Source of the DNA: a virus
Lineage: Duplodnaviria; Caudoviricetes
Length of the DNA: 64,000 nt
Strand: one strand, 5' to 3'
IMG/VR virus record: IMGVR_UViG_3300009431_000002
Coordinates: 32,001 to 96,000 of that record
Under the pieces are notes generated by a model that had not been told where the DNA came from, did not search any database, and saw only the letters and a program-made list of their open reading frames with translations. This document shows, piece by piece, positions 17,826 through 25,989 of this stretch. Each line of letters opens with the position of its first letter. Position 1 is the stretch's first letter. Position numbers and translations under genes: made by a program.

Positions 17826-18558
17826 GGTCCAGCTCCAGCACCTTCCGGACGCCCCACGGCCGCGGGGCCACGCCGTCCCGTTTGATGGTCTCGAACATCT
17901 CGTTGTTGCGGTGGTGGTCCCCGGCCGCGGCCGCGGACGGATGGTCTTGGTGGATGATGAGCGGGTCGTCGATCCAGCTGATGTCGCCGACCTGGTCGGC
18001 CTTCCAGACGGCGTGGTCGTCTTCGGCGCCCCAGCCGACGAAGCGTTCGTCGACGCCGGAGATCGCAGCCCACAGGGCACGCTCCGCGCCCATCGACATA
18101 CCGTTGGCACACCGAGACCAGGGGTTGGGCTGCGACGACGCGAAGTAGGCGCCCCAGTCCGACGAGAGGTCCTCACCCTCGGCGGCCTCGCGGCCGCGCC
18201 GGTGCTCGCACATGAGCATCAGATTCGGCCGGAGCCGGGCCTCGTAGGTCTCGACGAAGTGGGGGGCTGCGACGGCGTCGACGTCCAGCACGACGACGTG
18301 GCGACTCCGGCTCACGCGGATGCCGCAGTTGATGCTCGCGGCCCGACTGAACCGCGGGTCCCGCCACTCCACACGGAGGAACGTGAAACCGAAGGACCTG
18401 GTGATGCCGCGGATGTTGTCGAGGTGGTCTGTCGCGCTGGACAGGTCCGAGACGACGACCTCCTCAGGAGGCACCGTCTGGCGCGCCAAGGCGTTGAGGC
18501 AGTTCCACAACCGGGCGCCGCCACGGTCGCGCTGCGGGATGACGACCGTGGTGCCCAT
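17818..18558 (-). CDS. GT2 / GT7C-like glycosyltransferase
   Basis: VVIPQRDR, VVSDLSS, FSRAASIN.G, LDVD, DERFVGWGAEDD. Confidence 0.88.
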   Translation of the reverse strand: MGTTVVIPQRDRGGARLWNCLNALARQTVPPEEVVVSDLSSATDHLDNIRGITRSFGFTFLRVEWRDPRFSRAASINCGIRVSRSRHVVVLDVDAVAAPHFVETYEARLRPNLMLMCEHRRGREAAEGEDLSSDWGAYFASSQPNPWSRCANGMSMGAERALWAAISGVDERFVGWGAEDDHAVWKADQVGDISWIDDPLIIHQDHPSAAAAGDHHRNNEMFETIKRDGVAPRPWGVRKVLELDRG

Positions 18559-18840
18559 CTACTCCGGCGGGACCTCCTGCTCCTGGACGTTCTGGAGCTT
18601 CGTCAGCCAGTCGTCCAGTCCCTCGAACATCGGGAAGCGCTCCCCGAGCCAGCAGGCGATGAACACGTGCGCCTCGCGCATGTCGCGCTCCGACGTCGTC
18701 AGCTCGCCGGCGAAGCGGTCGTTCAGCGCCTGGGCCAGCCGGATGTGCAGGTCACCCTGCACCGCGATGAAGGAGGGGAGGAGATCCCACCGGATCTCGA
18801 CGTTCCCCTCCTTGCGGCTACTGGGCCTGACGAGCAGCAC
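18559..18840 (-). CDS. hypothetical protein
   Basis: ORF in the gene array. Confidence 0.6.
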   Translation of the reverse strand: MLLVRPSSRKEGNVEIRWDLLPSFIAVQGDLHIRLAQALNDRFAGELTTSERDMREAHVFIACWLGERFPMFEGLDDWLTKLQNVQEQEVPPE

Positions 18841-19162
18841 TGGGCCAGTCCACCAGCTTGAAGTCGAGCTCGAAGCCCGGCACGCGGTACGCCATCTCCT
18901 GGATGCGGTCCACGAGCGGCACCGGAATGGTCTGGTCCTCGCGGTGGTACAGCTCCAGCTCCAGGTGCTGCGTGACCTCGCCGGTCTCCGGGTCCAGGTC
19001 GCAGGTGAACCGGCAGCGCTTCACCAGCTGCAGCGCTTGGCCGTCGACGGTGATGACCGTCTGGTCCGGCGTGGCGCCGACGAGGATCTGCACCGGGTGG
19101 TTCTGGGAGGCGGTGGGGCGGCGGCCTGGCCGCTGTACTCCTTGGTCGATTCGACGTACCAT
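18818..19162 (-). CDS. hypothetical protein
   Basis: GAGGAG RBS. Confidence 0.65.
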   Translation of the reverse strand: MVRRIDQGVQRPGRRPTASQNHPVQILVGATPDQTVITVDGQALQLVKRCRFTCDLDPETGEVTQHLELELYHREDQTIPVPLVDRIQEMAYRVPGFELDFKLVDWPSAARQAQ

Positions 19163-19172
19163 CGTGGTCTCC

Positions 19173-19529
19173 TCACATCACCGCGAGGTCGACGTCGTCG
19201 CCGACCTTCATCGTGATGTCGTTCATGTGCAGCAGGCAGTGCTCGACGTCCTCCACCTTCTTCAGGGGGATGGCGTCCTTGAGGAAGCGGCGGAAGGTGA
19301 TCCGGTCGCCCGGCTCCACCGGCGGCGTCAGGGTCACGCCCTTGTCGGTGAGCTGGCCGGGGCCGACGCGGACCACGCGGCCGACGCCCTCCATGACGTG
19401 CTCGCGGCCGACGTCCTGGTTGGGCCGGTACAGCCCGCCGCGGGTCTTCTCGCCGCGCGGCTCCACGGAGACGAGCACGTAGGGGCCCATCGGGCGGATG
19501 ACGTCGGGGTGGATGTCAGAGCTGTCCAT
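19173..19529 (-). CDS. groES: co-chaperonin GroES (Cpn10)
   Basis: IRPMGPYVLV, EKTRGGLY.P, GRVVRVGPG, VEPGDRITF, LLHMNDI. Confidence 0.85.
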   Translation of the reverse strand: MDSSDIHPDVIRPMGPYVLVSVEPRGEKTRGGLYRPNQDVGREHVMEGVGRVVRVGPGQLTDKGVTLTPPVEPGDRITFRRFLKDAIPLKKVEDVEHCLLHMNDITMKVGDDVDLAVM

Positions 19530-19869
19530 GGAGTGTGTCCTCGAGCTCGGCCTCGTCGACCTCGCCGTCGGGTCCGCCGATGTCCAGCATCTCCTCGTCC
19601 TCGCCGTCCACCACCCCGTCCAGCAGGTTGGCGACTTGACGACCCATCCGAGGGTGCATCGGGACCATGTCGAGGGTGAGGTCCTTCGGGAAGTTGAAGA
19701 AGGAGCGCGAGCCCTTCCCCTCCCCCATCATCAGGCAGAGCTGGGTCTTCTCCGCGTTGTTCCGGTCGATGTACCGGATGATGAAGACGTCACCCGGAAT
19801 CACCTCCAGTACCCTCGTCCCCAACGCTTGCGTAGTGCGCTGCCCAGGGTGGCGGCGTGCGTCCGTCAT
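19516..19869 (-). CDS. hypothetical protein with acidic C-terminus
   Basis: GAGGA RBS. Confidence 0.65.
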   Translation of the reverse strand: MTDARRHPGQRTTQALGTRVLEVIPGDVFIIRYIDRNNAEKTQLCLMMGEGKGSRSFFNFPKDLTLDMVPMHPRMGRQVANLLDGVVDGEDEEMLDIGGPDGEVDEAELEDTLHGQL

Positions 19870-20100
19870 TTGGATCCTCCACTTCGGGCAAGGTCATGCT
19901 GTGGACGCCGGTGTGGCATCCACACTGCCTGACGACCAGCCCATCGGCCGACGGCAGGTACCGGACGGGCTGCTCACAGACTGGGCAGACCGTCCCCGCT
20001 GTCATCGGAGGCGTCACCGCCTCCTGGTTGTGCTTGAGGTGCCACAGGATCAGGTCCTGCTTGTACTCGATCCTCGCCAGTGCCTCCATGATCGCCTTCA
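19790..20100 (-). CDS. hypothetical zinc-binding protein
   Basis: GGAGG before GTG at 20100; CPVC...CGC. Confidence 0.6.
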
Positions 20101-20525
20101 CGGATCTCCTCCACCCTGTAGATGACGGCGCCGCTCGTGCTGGGCCCGAAGTGGAGCGCGAAGCGGCCTCCATCCGGGAAGCCTAGCAGCATGCTGTGCA
20201 CCACGGTCTTCGGCGGCACGCCGACCGGCTCCACGTCGAGGGCGAGGACCTTGCCGTACTTGAGCATCTGGGCCACGGTGTCCGGCGAGGCGCCGTACTC
20301 ACCCGGCAGCCCCATCCCACGGGTGGCGCGGTAGAAGTCCTCGGCGCCCATGGTCGTGAGCCGGTAGGGCTCGCCCTCCTGCGCCGCCCGCCCGAGGACA
20401 GGGTGGCAGATCATGTGGCTCGCCTTGCACCACGGACACGTCGGCGTGTCCGTGGCCTCCACCAGCGAGCCGTCCGGTGAGACGATGGCGACAGCCGCGA
20501 GGCAACCGGTACAGACGAAGATCAC
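19974..20525 (-). CDS. hypothetical zinc-binding protein
   Basis: CTGC...CPWC; GTGA coupling. Confidence 0.65.
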   Translation of the reverse strand: MIFVCTGCLAAVAIVSPDGSLVEATDTPTCPWCKASHMICHPVLGRAAQEGEPYRLTTMGAEDFYRATRGMGLPGEYGASPDTVAQMLKYGKVLALDVEPVGVPPKTVVHSMLLGFPDGGRFALHFGPSTSGAVIYRVEEIREGDHGGTGEDRVQAGPDPVAPQAQPGGGDASDDSGDGLPSL

Positions 20526-20929
20526 AGCTGACCCACTCCTCCCTCACCGGGCATGGACGGCTCGTGGTTGTATGACTCCCAGTCCGGGGCGTCGTCCACC
20601 TCGATGCCGGCCTCCTCGTCCATGTCGCCGAACGGGTCCTCGAGGCTTTCCGTCCGCGGTGGCGGCTGCTGTAGGACCCGCACCTCCGCGCCATCGGTGT
20701 GCGGCGCGGCCGGTGCTGGTGGCGCGGCGGGCTGCGACGACACAGTGTCGCCGGCCGGTGCAGAAGCGCCGGAGTCGGACTTCACCAGCCCCACGACCTT
20801 GGAGAGCTCCCGCTGGTCGATGACGACCTCCGCGGTGAGGCCGACGTCGTTCTTCAGGACCAGCGTGGTCGCCATCTGGCCACCGCGCTCCAGGTCCATC
20901 AGCTCTCCGACTCGGATGAGCCTGATCAC
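20522..20929 (-). CDS. hypothetical protein
   Basis: AAGGAGG before GTG at 20929. Confidence 0.65.
   Translation of the reverse strand: MIRLIRVGELMDLERGGQMATTLVLKNDVGLTAEVVIDQRELSKVVGLVKSDSGASAPAGDTVSSQPAAPPAPAAPHTDGAEVRVLQQPPPRTESLEDPFGDMDEEAGIEVDDAPDWESYNHEPSMPGEGGVGQL
20735..20753. repeat. palindrome CGACGACACAGTGTCGCCG (copy 2, intragenic)
   Basis: 13-bp core exact, one flank mismatch. Confidence 0.75.
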
Positions 20930-22298
20930 GTCCGCCTCCTTGCCCTCCGGACCTTGGAGGGTCGGGCACCCGCCCGTTCTCGCCACTCCTTGCTGCCGAT
21001 CCGCACCAGGTTGCCAGACTCCATCGCCTCGGCCCGGAGCTTCTCGGCCGCCGCCCCTCGGCGGCGCAGCCGCGACACCTGGGCCTGATTCGTCGTCGGG
21101 CCCAGCGGCCGGACAGCGATGGGCCCCATCGACGTCCAGTCGTGCAGCACGGCCTTCGCCTGCTGCTCGCGCTCCTTGATCTGGTCCTTCCGGAACGGGT
21201 AGAGCGCGTTACTGAAGTCCTCCAGTGCCTGTTGCACGTGCTTGCCCTCCTTGGGCGTCACGATTGCCTGGGTCAAGAGCCTGGCTTCCGTCCGCTGGAT
21301 CTCCTGCTTCCGTTGCCAGACCAACACCATGAGCGCCTCCTGCCAGCCCCCAGGATCGGGCATGCCGGCGAACTTGTCGTAGAAGATGTTCGCCAGTGCC
21401 CAGCCGACAGGAGTCGTTAGCCATTTCCCAGTGTCTCCACGTTGATGGCGTCGCGGATGCGGTCGTCGAACCACCCGTGGTTGAGCCAGATGTCCTGGAG
21501 GATGACGAACGGCCGCGTGAGGAGGTCGAAGAACTTCTTCTCGAAGGTCTCCTCGTCCACCTCGCCGTTCGACTTGCGGTGCTCGAGGATCTCCTCGTCG
21601 TTGATGCGGGTCACCGACAGCGCCACCTGCACCATGCCCATGACGGTGTCGTGGTACATCTGGCTCGGCCGTTCGCCGACAGTGCTCTTGACCACGTCCC
21701 AGGTGTAGCGCTTGGCGAACAGGTCCTCCTGCCCGCTCAGAGCCCGGAAGGTCACCTCGAACTTGCCCTCGACGATGGGGACACGCTGGATGCCCCCGCG
21801 GCCCACCACGTAGTGCCGGATGTCGATGGGCTCGCACCGGGCCTCGATGGCCTCCCTCACCTCGGGGTTGTCGAGCTGGTCGGTGCGCTGCTGCATCAGC
21901 ATCTCGAAGAACTTGGGGTCGACGTCGGGGCGCGGCTTGTCACCCTCCTCCGCCTGCTCTTCGACCGCGGCGTCCGCCTGCTGCGCTGGCTGCTCCTCAC
22001 CCTCGTCCGGGGGCGGCGAGGCCGCGGCCGGCCCGGAGCCGAGACCGCCTGTGCGGATGGAGTCGCGGAGCTCGTCGGCCGTGAACGCCTCCTCCTGCTC
22101 CGGCATCATCGGGGGCGCGCCTCGGTGGGCGTGGTCGGTCAGGACCGGCGTGCCCGCGAGCGGCTTCGCGTGGCCGAGCGGGACACCGCCCTCCTGGCCT
22201 CCGCGTTGCGTCGCTGCGGCGATCCGCTGCTTGTAGTTCTCGACAGCCGCGTCGTCTGCGCCGTCGCCGAGTTCCAGAACTTGTCGCTTTGTCGCCAC
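20926..22298 (-). CDS. -1 frameshift product (GT-like) of the tail-assembly-chaperone-like gene
   Basis: the -1 frame after GGGAAAT is open (GKWLTTPVGW...) to 20926 and has no good start of its own. Confidence 0.7.
21417..22298 (-). CDS. tail-assembly-chaperone-like protein (G form)
   Basis: ends ...ETLGNG* across the slippery heptamer; disordered N-terminus. Confidence 0.6.
   Translation of the reverse strand: MATKRQVLELGDGADDAAVENYKQRIAAATQRGGQEGGVPLGHAKPLAGTPVLTDHAHRGAPPMMPEQEEAFTADELRDSIRTGGLGSGPAAASPPPDEGEEQPAQQADAAVEEQAEEGDKPRPDVDPKFFEMLMQQRTDQLDNPEVREAIEARCEPIDIRHYVVGRGGIQRVPIVEGKFEVTFRALSGQEDLFAKRYTWDVVKSTVGERPSQMYHDTVMGMVQVALSVTRINDEEILEHRKSNGEVDEETFEKKFFDLLTRPFVILQDIWLNHGWFDDRIRDAINVETLGNG
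21423..21429 (-). other. programmed -1 ribosomal frameshift heptamer G GGA AAT
   Basis: XXXYYYZ in the correct phase, one codon before the TAA stop. Confidence 0.75.
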
Positions 22299-22301
22299 GG
22301 T

Positions 22302-22730
22302 CTATCCCTCCGAGTAGTTCTTGCCCGGGTGCCGGTATGCCGGCGCGCCGGACGGAATGAAGTCCAACGGGGTGACGGGGGCGGCCGGCGGGGGCGCCGG
22401 CTGCGCCTGCAGCGCGGACTTCAACGTCGCGCCGACCGCCGACTCCCACTTGTTGCCGCACCCCTCTGCGAGGCACCGCCAGATGATCTTGCGCGGGCAC
22501 GTGGTGCCCTGCACCGCCGTGGACCCACACCTCGGGCACGTGGGCACGCGAGGTGCCTGCTTCTTCTCCGGGACCTTGCCTGTGCCCGCGGAGATCGCGT
22601 CTTGGATGCCGCCGATCCCCTGCTGGTGCTCGAGGTCCTCCAGCCACCGCTGCTCGTCGGGCGTCCGTTCCCCCGCCGGGATCGCCCGGAGCTTCCGGAG
22701 GATGTCCTGCCTCTTGGCGTCAAGACCCAA
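22302..22730 (-). CDS. zinc-ribbon protein
   Basis: CPRCG...WRC..EGCGNKW. Confidence 0.65.
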   Translation of the reverse strand: MGLDAKRQDILRKLRAIPAGERTPDEQRWLEDLEHQQGIGGIQDAISAGTGKVPEKKQAPRVPTCPRCGSTAVQGTTCPRKIIWRCLAEGCGNKWESAVGATLKSALQAQPAPPPAAPVTPLDFIPSGAPAYRHPGKNYSEG

Positions 22731-23388
22731 GGCGGTACTCCGCGGCCCGTCGGGTCTCGTCGAGCACCGCGGTGCCGTTCCGGGAGAAGGTGAGCTTCAG
22801 CTCGCCGTCCTCGATCTCCACGTCGACGGCCAGCGGCTCGGGGAAGTACAGCTTGCCGGCCTTCGGCGCGAACGCGTACATCCGGTCGACCTGCTGCAGG
22901 TCGCAGAAGAACAGGCTGCTCTCGCCGAGGCGCGCGTCGGGCTGCCGGCCGCGGCCGGGCATGTCGACGGCCATTCGACGGATGTCCTCATGCAGCGCGT
23001 CGCGCAGGCCCACCGGCGCCAGCCAGATGATGTCTCTCCCCAACAGCCCGAGTCCGGACTGGATGGCCTCACTCCAGGTGGGGAGCTGGAGGGCCCAGGT
23101 GACGTCGCGGCACGCGGCGTCGTCGATGACCTTGGACGCCGAGGACACCAGCTCCTCGACATCGCGCTGCAGCTTCGTGATGGGCACGTCCATCGGAAGC
23201 GCCGCGTCCCCCGCCACGACGAACGAGGCGCCATGCCCCGTCGGCGCGGGCCCGAGCTGGGTGACGAGGGCTGCGCTCGCCGCTGCGTGGTGACCGTCGC
23301 CGAAGGCCTTGTACACGAACTGGCGAACGCCGTTGATGAAGTGCCGGGGTGCCCGTTCCCACAGTTCCAGGGCGCTGAGATCGGTCAT
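22720..23388 (-). CDS. hypothetical protein
   Basis: GGAG before MTDLSALE. Confidence 0.7.
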   Translation of the reverse strand: MTDLSALELWERAPRHFINGVRQFVYKAFGDGHHAAASAALVTQLGPAPTGHGASFVVAGDAALPMDVPITKLQRDVEELVSSASKVIDDAACRDVTWALQLPTWSEAIQSGLGLLGRDIIWLAPVGLRDALHEDIRRMAVDMPGRGRQPDARLGESSLFFCDLQQVDRMYAFAPKAGKLYFPEPLAVDVEIEDGELKLTFSRNGTAVLDETRRAAEYRLGS

Positions 23389-23422
23389 GCGCGCTCCAAG
23401 GTGTGTACAGCGTATGTACTTA

Positions 23423-23698
23423 CTAGCGTTCGCGCTCGGTGTCAAGCGCGACGATGGTGATGTCGAGGCCAACAGCGTGCGCGAGCCGGCGCACGACGCG
23501 GATGCCTGGGCTCCTGGTTTTGCCGGACAGCGCGCCGTGTACGGTCTGGCGGGTGACGCCGCCGACTCGGTCTGCGACGTCCTGGTAGGAGAGGTTCTGA
23601 CGGACGCGCTGCGCCTCGATCACCTGGACGATGGGATCGGTGATGGCGGACCCTTCCTCACCAGCGAGATGCTCGGCACGTCGAAGTCCTCCTGGCAT
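23423..23698 (-). CDS. XRE-family helix-turn-helix protein (start uncertain)
   Basis: RVRQNLSYQDVADRVGGVTRQTVHGALSGKTRSPGIRVVRRLAHAVG. Confidence 0.75.
   Translation of the reverse strand: MPGGLRRAEHLAGEEGSAITDPIVQVIEAQRVRQNLSYQDVADRVGGVTRQTVHGALSGKTRSPGIRVVRRLAHAVGLDITIVALDTERER
23440..23445 (-). promoter_or_regulatory. TTGACA -35 box upstream of the 23388 gene (weak -10)
   Basis: TGTCAA on the + strand; no clear TANNNT at 17 nt. Confidence 0.4.
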
Positions 23699-23808
23699 CG
23701 TCCGCAGAAGTACTTGGACGTCCCCCTTCCCGTCGCCTTCACCCGGATCACCAGGTCCCTCTTCTTGCACTTCGGGCATAGAGCCGTGTTCAGCATGCGC
23801 AAGGTCAC
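23620..23808 (-). CDS. zinc-ribbon protein
   Basis: CPKC...YFCGRC; GTGA coupling. Confidence 0.6.
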   Translation of the reverse strand: MTLRMLNTALCPKCKKRDLVIRVKATGRGTSKYFCGRCQEDFDVPSISLVRKGPPSPIPSSR

Positions 23809-24092
23809 CGCGCAACTCCCCTCCTCACCTGCACCGAGCAGGTCGCCTCCGGCCACTCCTCCTCCACGAGCCGGCCGATGGCGTCCTCCACCGCGCGGTC
23901 CTCCGGCGCGTCCTCGATGACTCCGAGGAAGACGACGAAGCGGAGCGGGTCAGTCAACAGGCGAGGGTCGGTGTAGACGGACACGAAGATGACGAACGGC
24001 GCATCCAGCATGAGGATGCGCTCGCGGAGGCGCAGGGCCTCCTCGCGGTCCGTCGTGCGGACGTGGGGGGTCGGAGCCTTGAAGGCCGTCAC
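23805..24092 (-). CDS. hypothetical protein
   Basis: GGAGG before GTG at 24092. Confidence 0.65.
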   Translation of the reverse strand: MTAFKAPTPHVRTTDREEALRLRERILMLDAPFVIFVSVYTDPRLLTDPLRFVVFLGVIEDAPEDRAVEDAIGRLVEEEWPEATCSVQVRRGVAR

Positions 24093-24367
24093 CGCGCCTC
24101 CAGGCCCGATTCCATGAAGCGACTCAGCGTGCGGCCCCACTGCGTCTCCTGCACACGCTCGTGCTCGAGGATGTCGAAGGCCAGACTCCCCAGCGTTCCG
24201 CTACGGAAGTCCGTGTTGATGTAGGTCTTGACGCGGGCGAGGTTGCGGGCCAACCGGAACCCGTCCCGCACGTCCGGCTTCGCCGGCGTCTGGTACCTGC
24301 CGACTCGAGCGGCTCTGCGGAGGGTCGGCGCGACCTTGGGGTTAGGCTGGACGGGCACGGCTGTCAC
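24089..24367 (-). CDS. hypothetical protein
   Basis: GAGGA before GTG. Confidence 0.6.
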   Translation of the reverse strand: MTAVPVQPNPKVAPTLRRAARVGRYQTPAKPDVRDGFRLARNLARVKTYINTDFRSGTLGSLAFDILEHERVQETQWGRTLSRFMESGLEAR

Positions 24368-25412
24368 TCCTCAGCGGCGCCAGTTCCTTGTAGGCGTCCG
24401 CGTGGTCGTTCACCTTGTTGAGTCCGAACTGGGCCTCGCCGCGAGCGTACAGACGCTGGCGACGCGCCGGATCCGGCGCGTAGCCCCGCAGAGCGGGGAT
24501 GACCTGCGTGGGGTCGGTGCTGGCCACGTAGATGCCATCGGGTCCGAGGGTCTCGCGGGACGACCCAGAGTCGAGCGCGATGACCTCCTTCTTCGCCCCC
24601 ATCGCCAGCACGGCCTCGGTGCGGACGCTCTCGCTGCGGTCCCAGCTCAGTTCGAGCACGGCGTCCGCGGCGTTGATGAGCATCTCCTCCGGCTTGCTCT
24701 CGACCACGGTGACCCTGGGCCCAGCGGGCTGCGCCAGCGAGATGACCTGCTCCGCGGCCTCCTCGGCCGGGTCCGCGATGATGAGCTGGTAGCCCTCGTC
24801 CGACGAGGCGAGGTTGTTGATCACCGGCGTCAGGACCTCGATCTCCTCGACCGTCGGTTCCATGACGACCAGCGTCGTCTCCGCCGGCTGTACGCCGAGG
24901 TCGGCGCGGGCTTGAGCAGCCGGCCGCTGCTGCACCTTCTGGATGGGCGGCCGCAGGACCTTGATGCGTGGCTCCTCGATGCCGGCCGCCATGAGGGCGT
25001 TCTTCCCCCGGAAGTCCGGGACGACCCACAGCGAGATGCGCGAGTAGGCCAGTCGCTTGATGACGCCGCGCCGGACTGGACGGGCCCCGTAGCGGTGGGC
25101 CAGCATCCGCTGGCGCGTACCGTACAGGCCCATCACGCCGAGGCGCGACAGCTCCATGGAGTGGAAGATCACCAGGTCCGGGTTGATGAGCCGCGTCCGC
25201 TGCAGGATGTCGGCTCGCTCCAGCTGGAGACGCCTGTGGACCTCGATGGTGCGGTCGAGCACCCCGATGGCCCGCTTCCCAGCTTGACGCTGCTGGACAC
25301 GGTCGCCGAACCTCTCCAGGAAGATGTGCTCGTTGACCGCGTCGTTCTCGATCAGCGTCCGGACGAAACGGATGTGGGGGCCCCGCCGTGGGCCGATGTG
25401 AAGGAAACGCAT
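24342..25412 (-). CDS. GT-B fold (GT4-like) protein, possibly degenerate
   Basis: MRFLHIG, PDLVIFHS, INAADAVLELS, AMGAKKEVIA.DSGSSRE; second Glu of EX7E missing. Confidence 0.65.
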   Translation of the reverse strand: MRFLHIGPRRGPHIRFVRTLIENDAVNEHIFLERFGDRVQQRQAGKRAIGVLDRTIEVHRRLQLERADILQRTRLINPDLVIFHSMELSRLGVMGLYGTRQRMLAHRYGARPVRRGVIKRLAYSRISLWVVPDFRGKNALMAAGIEEPRIKVLRPPIQKVQQRPAAQARADLGVQPAETTLVVMEPTVEEIEVLTPVINNLASSDEGYQLIIADPAEEAAEQVISLAQPAGPRVTVVESKPEEMLINAADAVLELSWDRSESVRTEAVLAMGAKKEVIALDSGSSRETLGPDGIYVASTDPTQVIPALRGYAPDPARRQRLYARGEAQFGLNKVNDHADAYKELAPLRSDSRARPA

Positions 25413-25437
25413 GCCTGAAGAAGGGGGCGGTCGTTGT

Positions 25438-25447
25438 GGCATAAGGG
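25438..25447 (+). promoter_or_regulatory. phage promoter-like motif GGCATAAGGG
   Basis: recurrent motif, followed by GGAGGAG and ATG. Confidence 0.6.
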
Positions 25448-25472
25448 TACCTAACAGCAGGAGGAGAGTACC

Positions 25473-25649
25473 ATGCACAGTGTCAGGAGATCAACTGACA
25501 AGAAGAAGGCTCGGCGCGCCGCCGGCAAGGAGGCCGACGTGCTGTGTCCGAACTGCAACGAGATGATGGAGTTCCCGGTTGCGAGGCCGTGGCATCCCAT
25601 CCGGGCAACTCGCCGGTGCCCGGCGTGCGGCGTGGTGGAGCACCCCTAG
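25473..25649 (+). CDS. 58-aa zinc-ribbon protein (below the ORF-track cutoff)
   Basis: translated by hand: MHSVRRSTDKKKARRAAGKEADVLCPNCNE...RRCPACGVVEHP; strong RBS. Confidence 0.7.
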   Translation: MHSVRRSTDKKKARRAAGKEADVLCPNCNEMMEFPVARPWHPIRATRRCPACGVVEHP

Positions 25650-25656
25650 TCGGGGT

Positions 25657-25896
25657 TCACGCGCACTGCTCCAGATCCCCCTCCCACATCGCCTGGGAGG
25701 GGGACAGCGGCACGGGCAGTGTCCGCAGCTCCTCCTCCAGCTGACTCCGGAGGTCACGCAGCTCCTTGATGCGCTCGCCGACGCCCTCTTTGCGCTGGGT
25801 CTGGGGCCACTGGAGAAGCGCACGGATGGCTTCGTCCACGTCGTCCAACGACTCGAGGATGAACCGGCGTCGCACGTCTGGGTGCACGGTGCTCAT
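25657..25896 (-). CDS. hypothetical helical protein, probably leaderless
   Basis: ATG 6 nt downstream of the -10 box. Confidence 0.7.
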   Translation of the reverse strand: MSTVHPDVRRRFILESLDDVDEAIRALLQWPQTQRKEGVGERIKELRDLRSQLEEELRTLPVPLSPSQAMWEGDLEQCA

Positions 25897-25902
25897 ACCT
25901 TT

Positions 25903-25931
25903 ATGGTACGCACGCGCAATCCAACTGTCAA
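25903..25931 (-). promoter_or_regulatory. sigma70-like promoter TTGACA-17-TACCAT
   Basis: + strand TGTCAA at 25926-25931 and ATGGTA at 25903-25908. Confidence 0.8.
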
Positions 25932-25989
25932 CAAATTGCCTGACGCCTGGCCGGTAGCCGTTGTCGCACGGCTGTCTGATAATGGTCTT

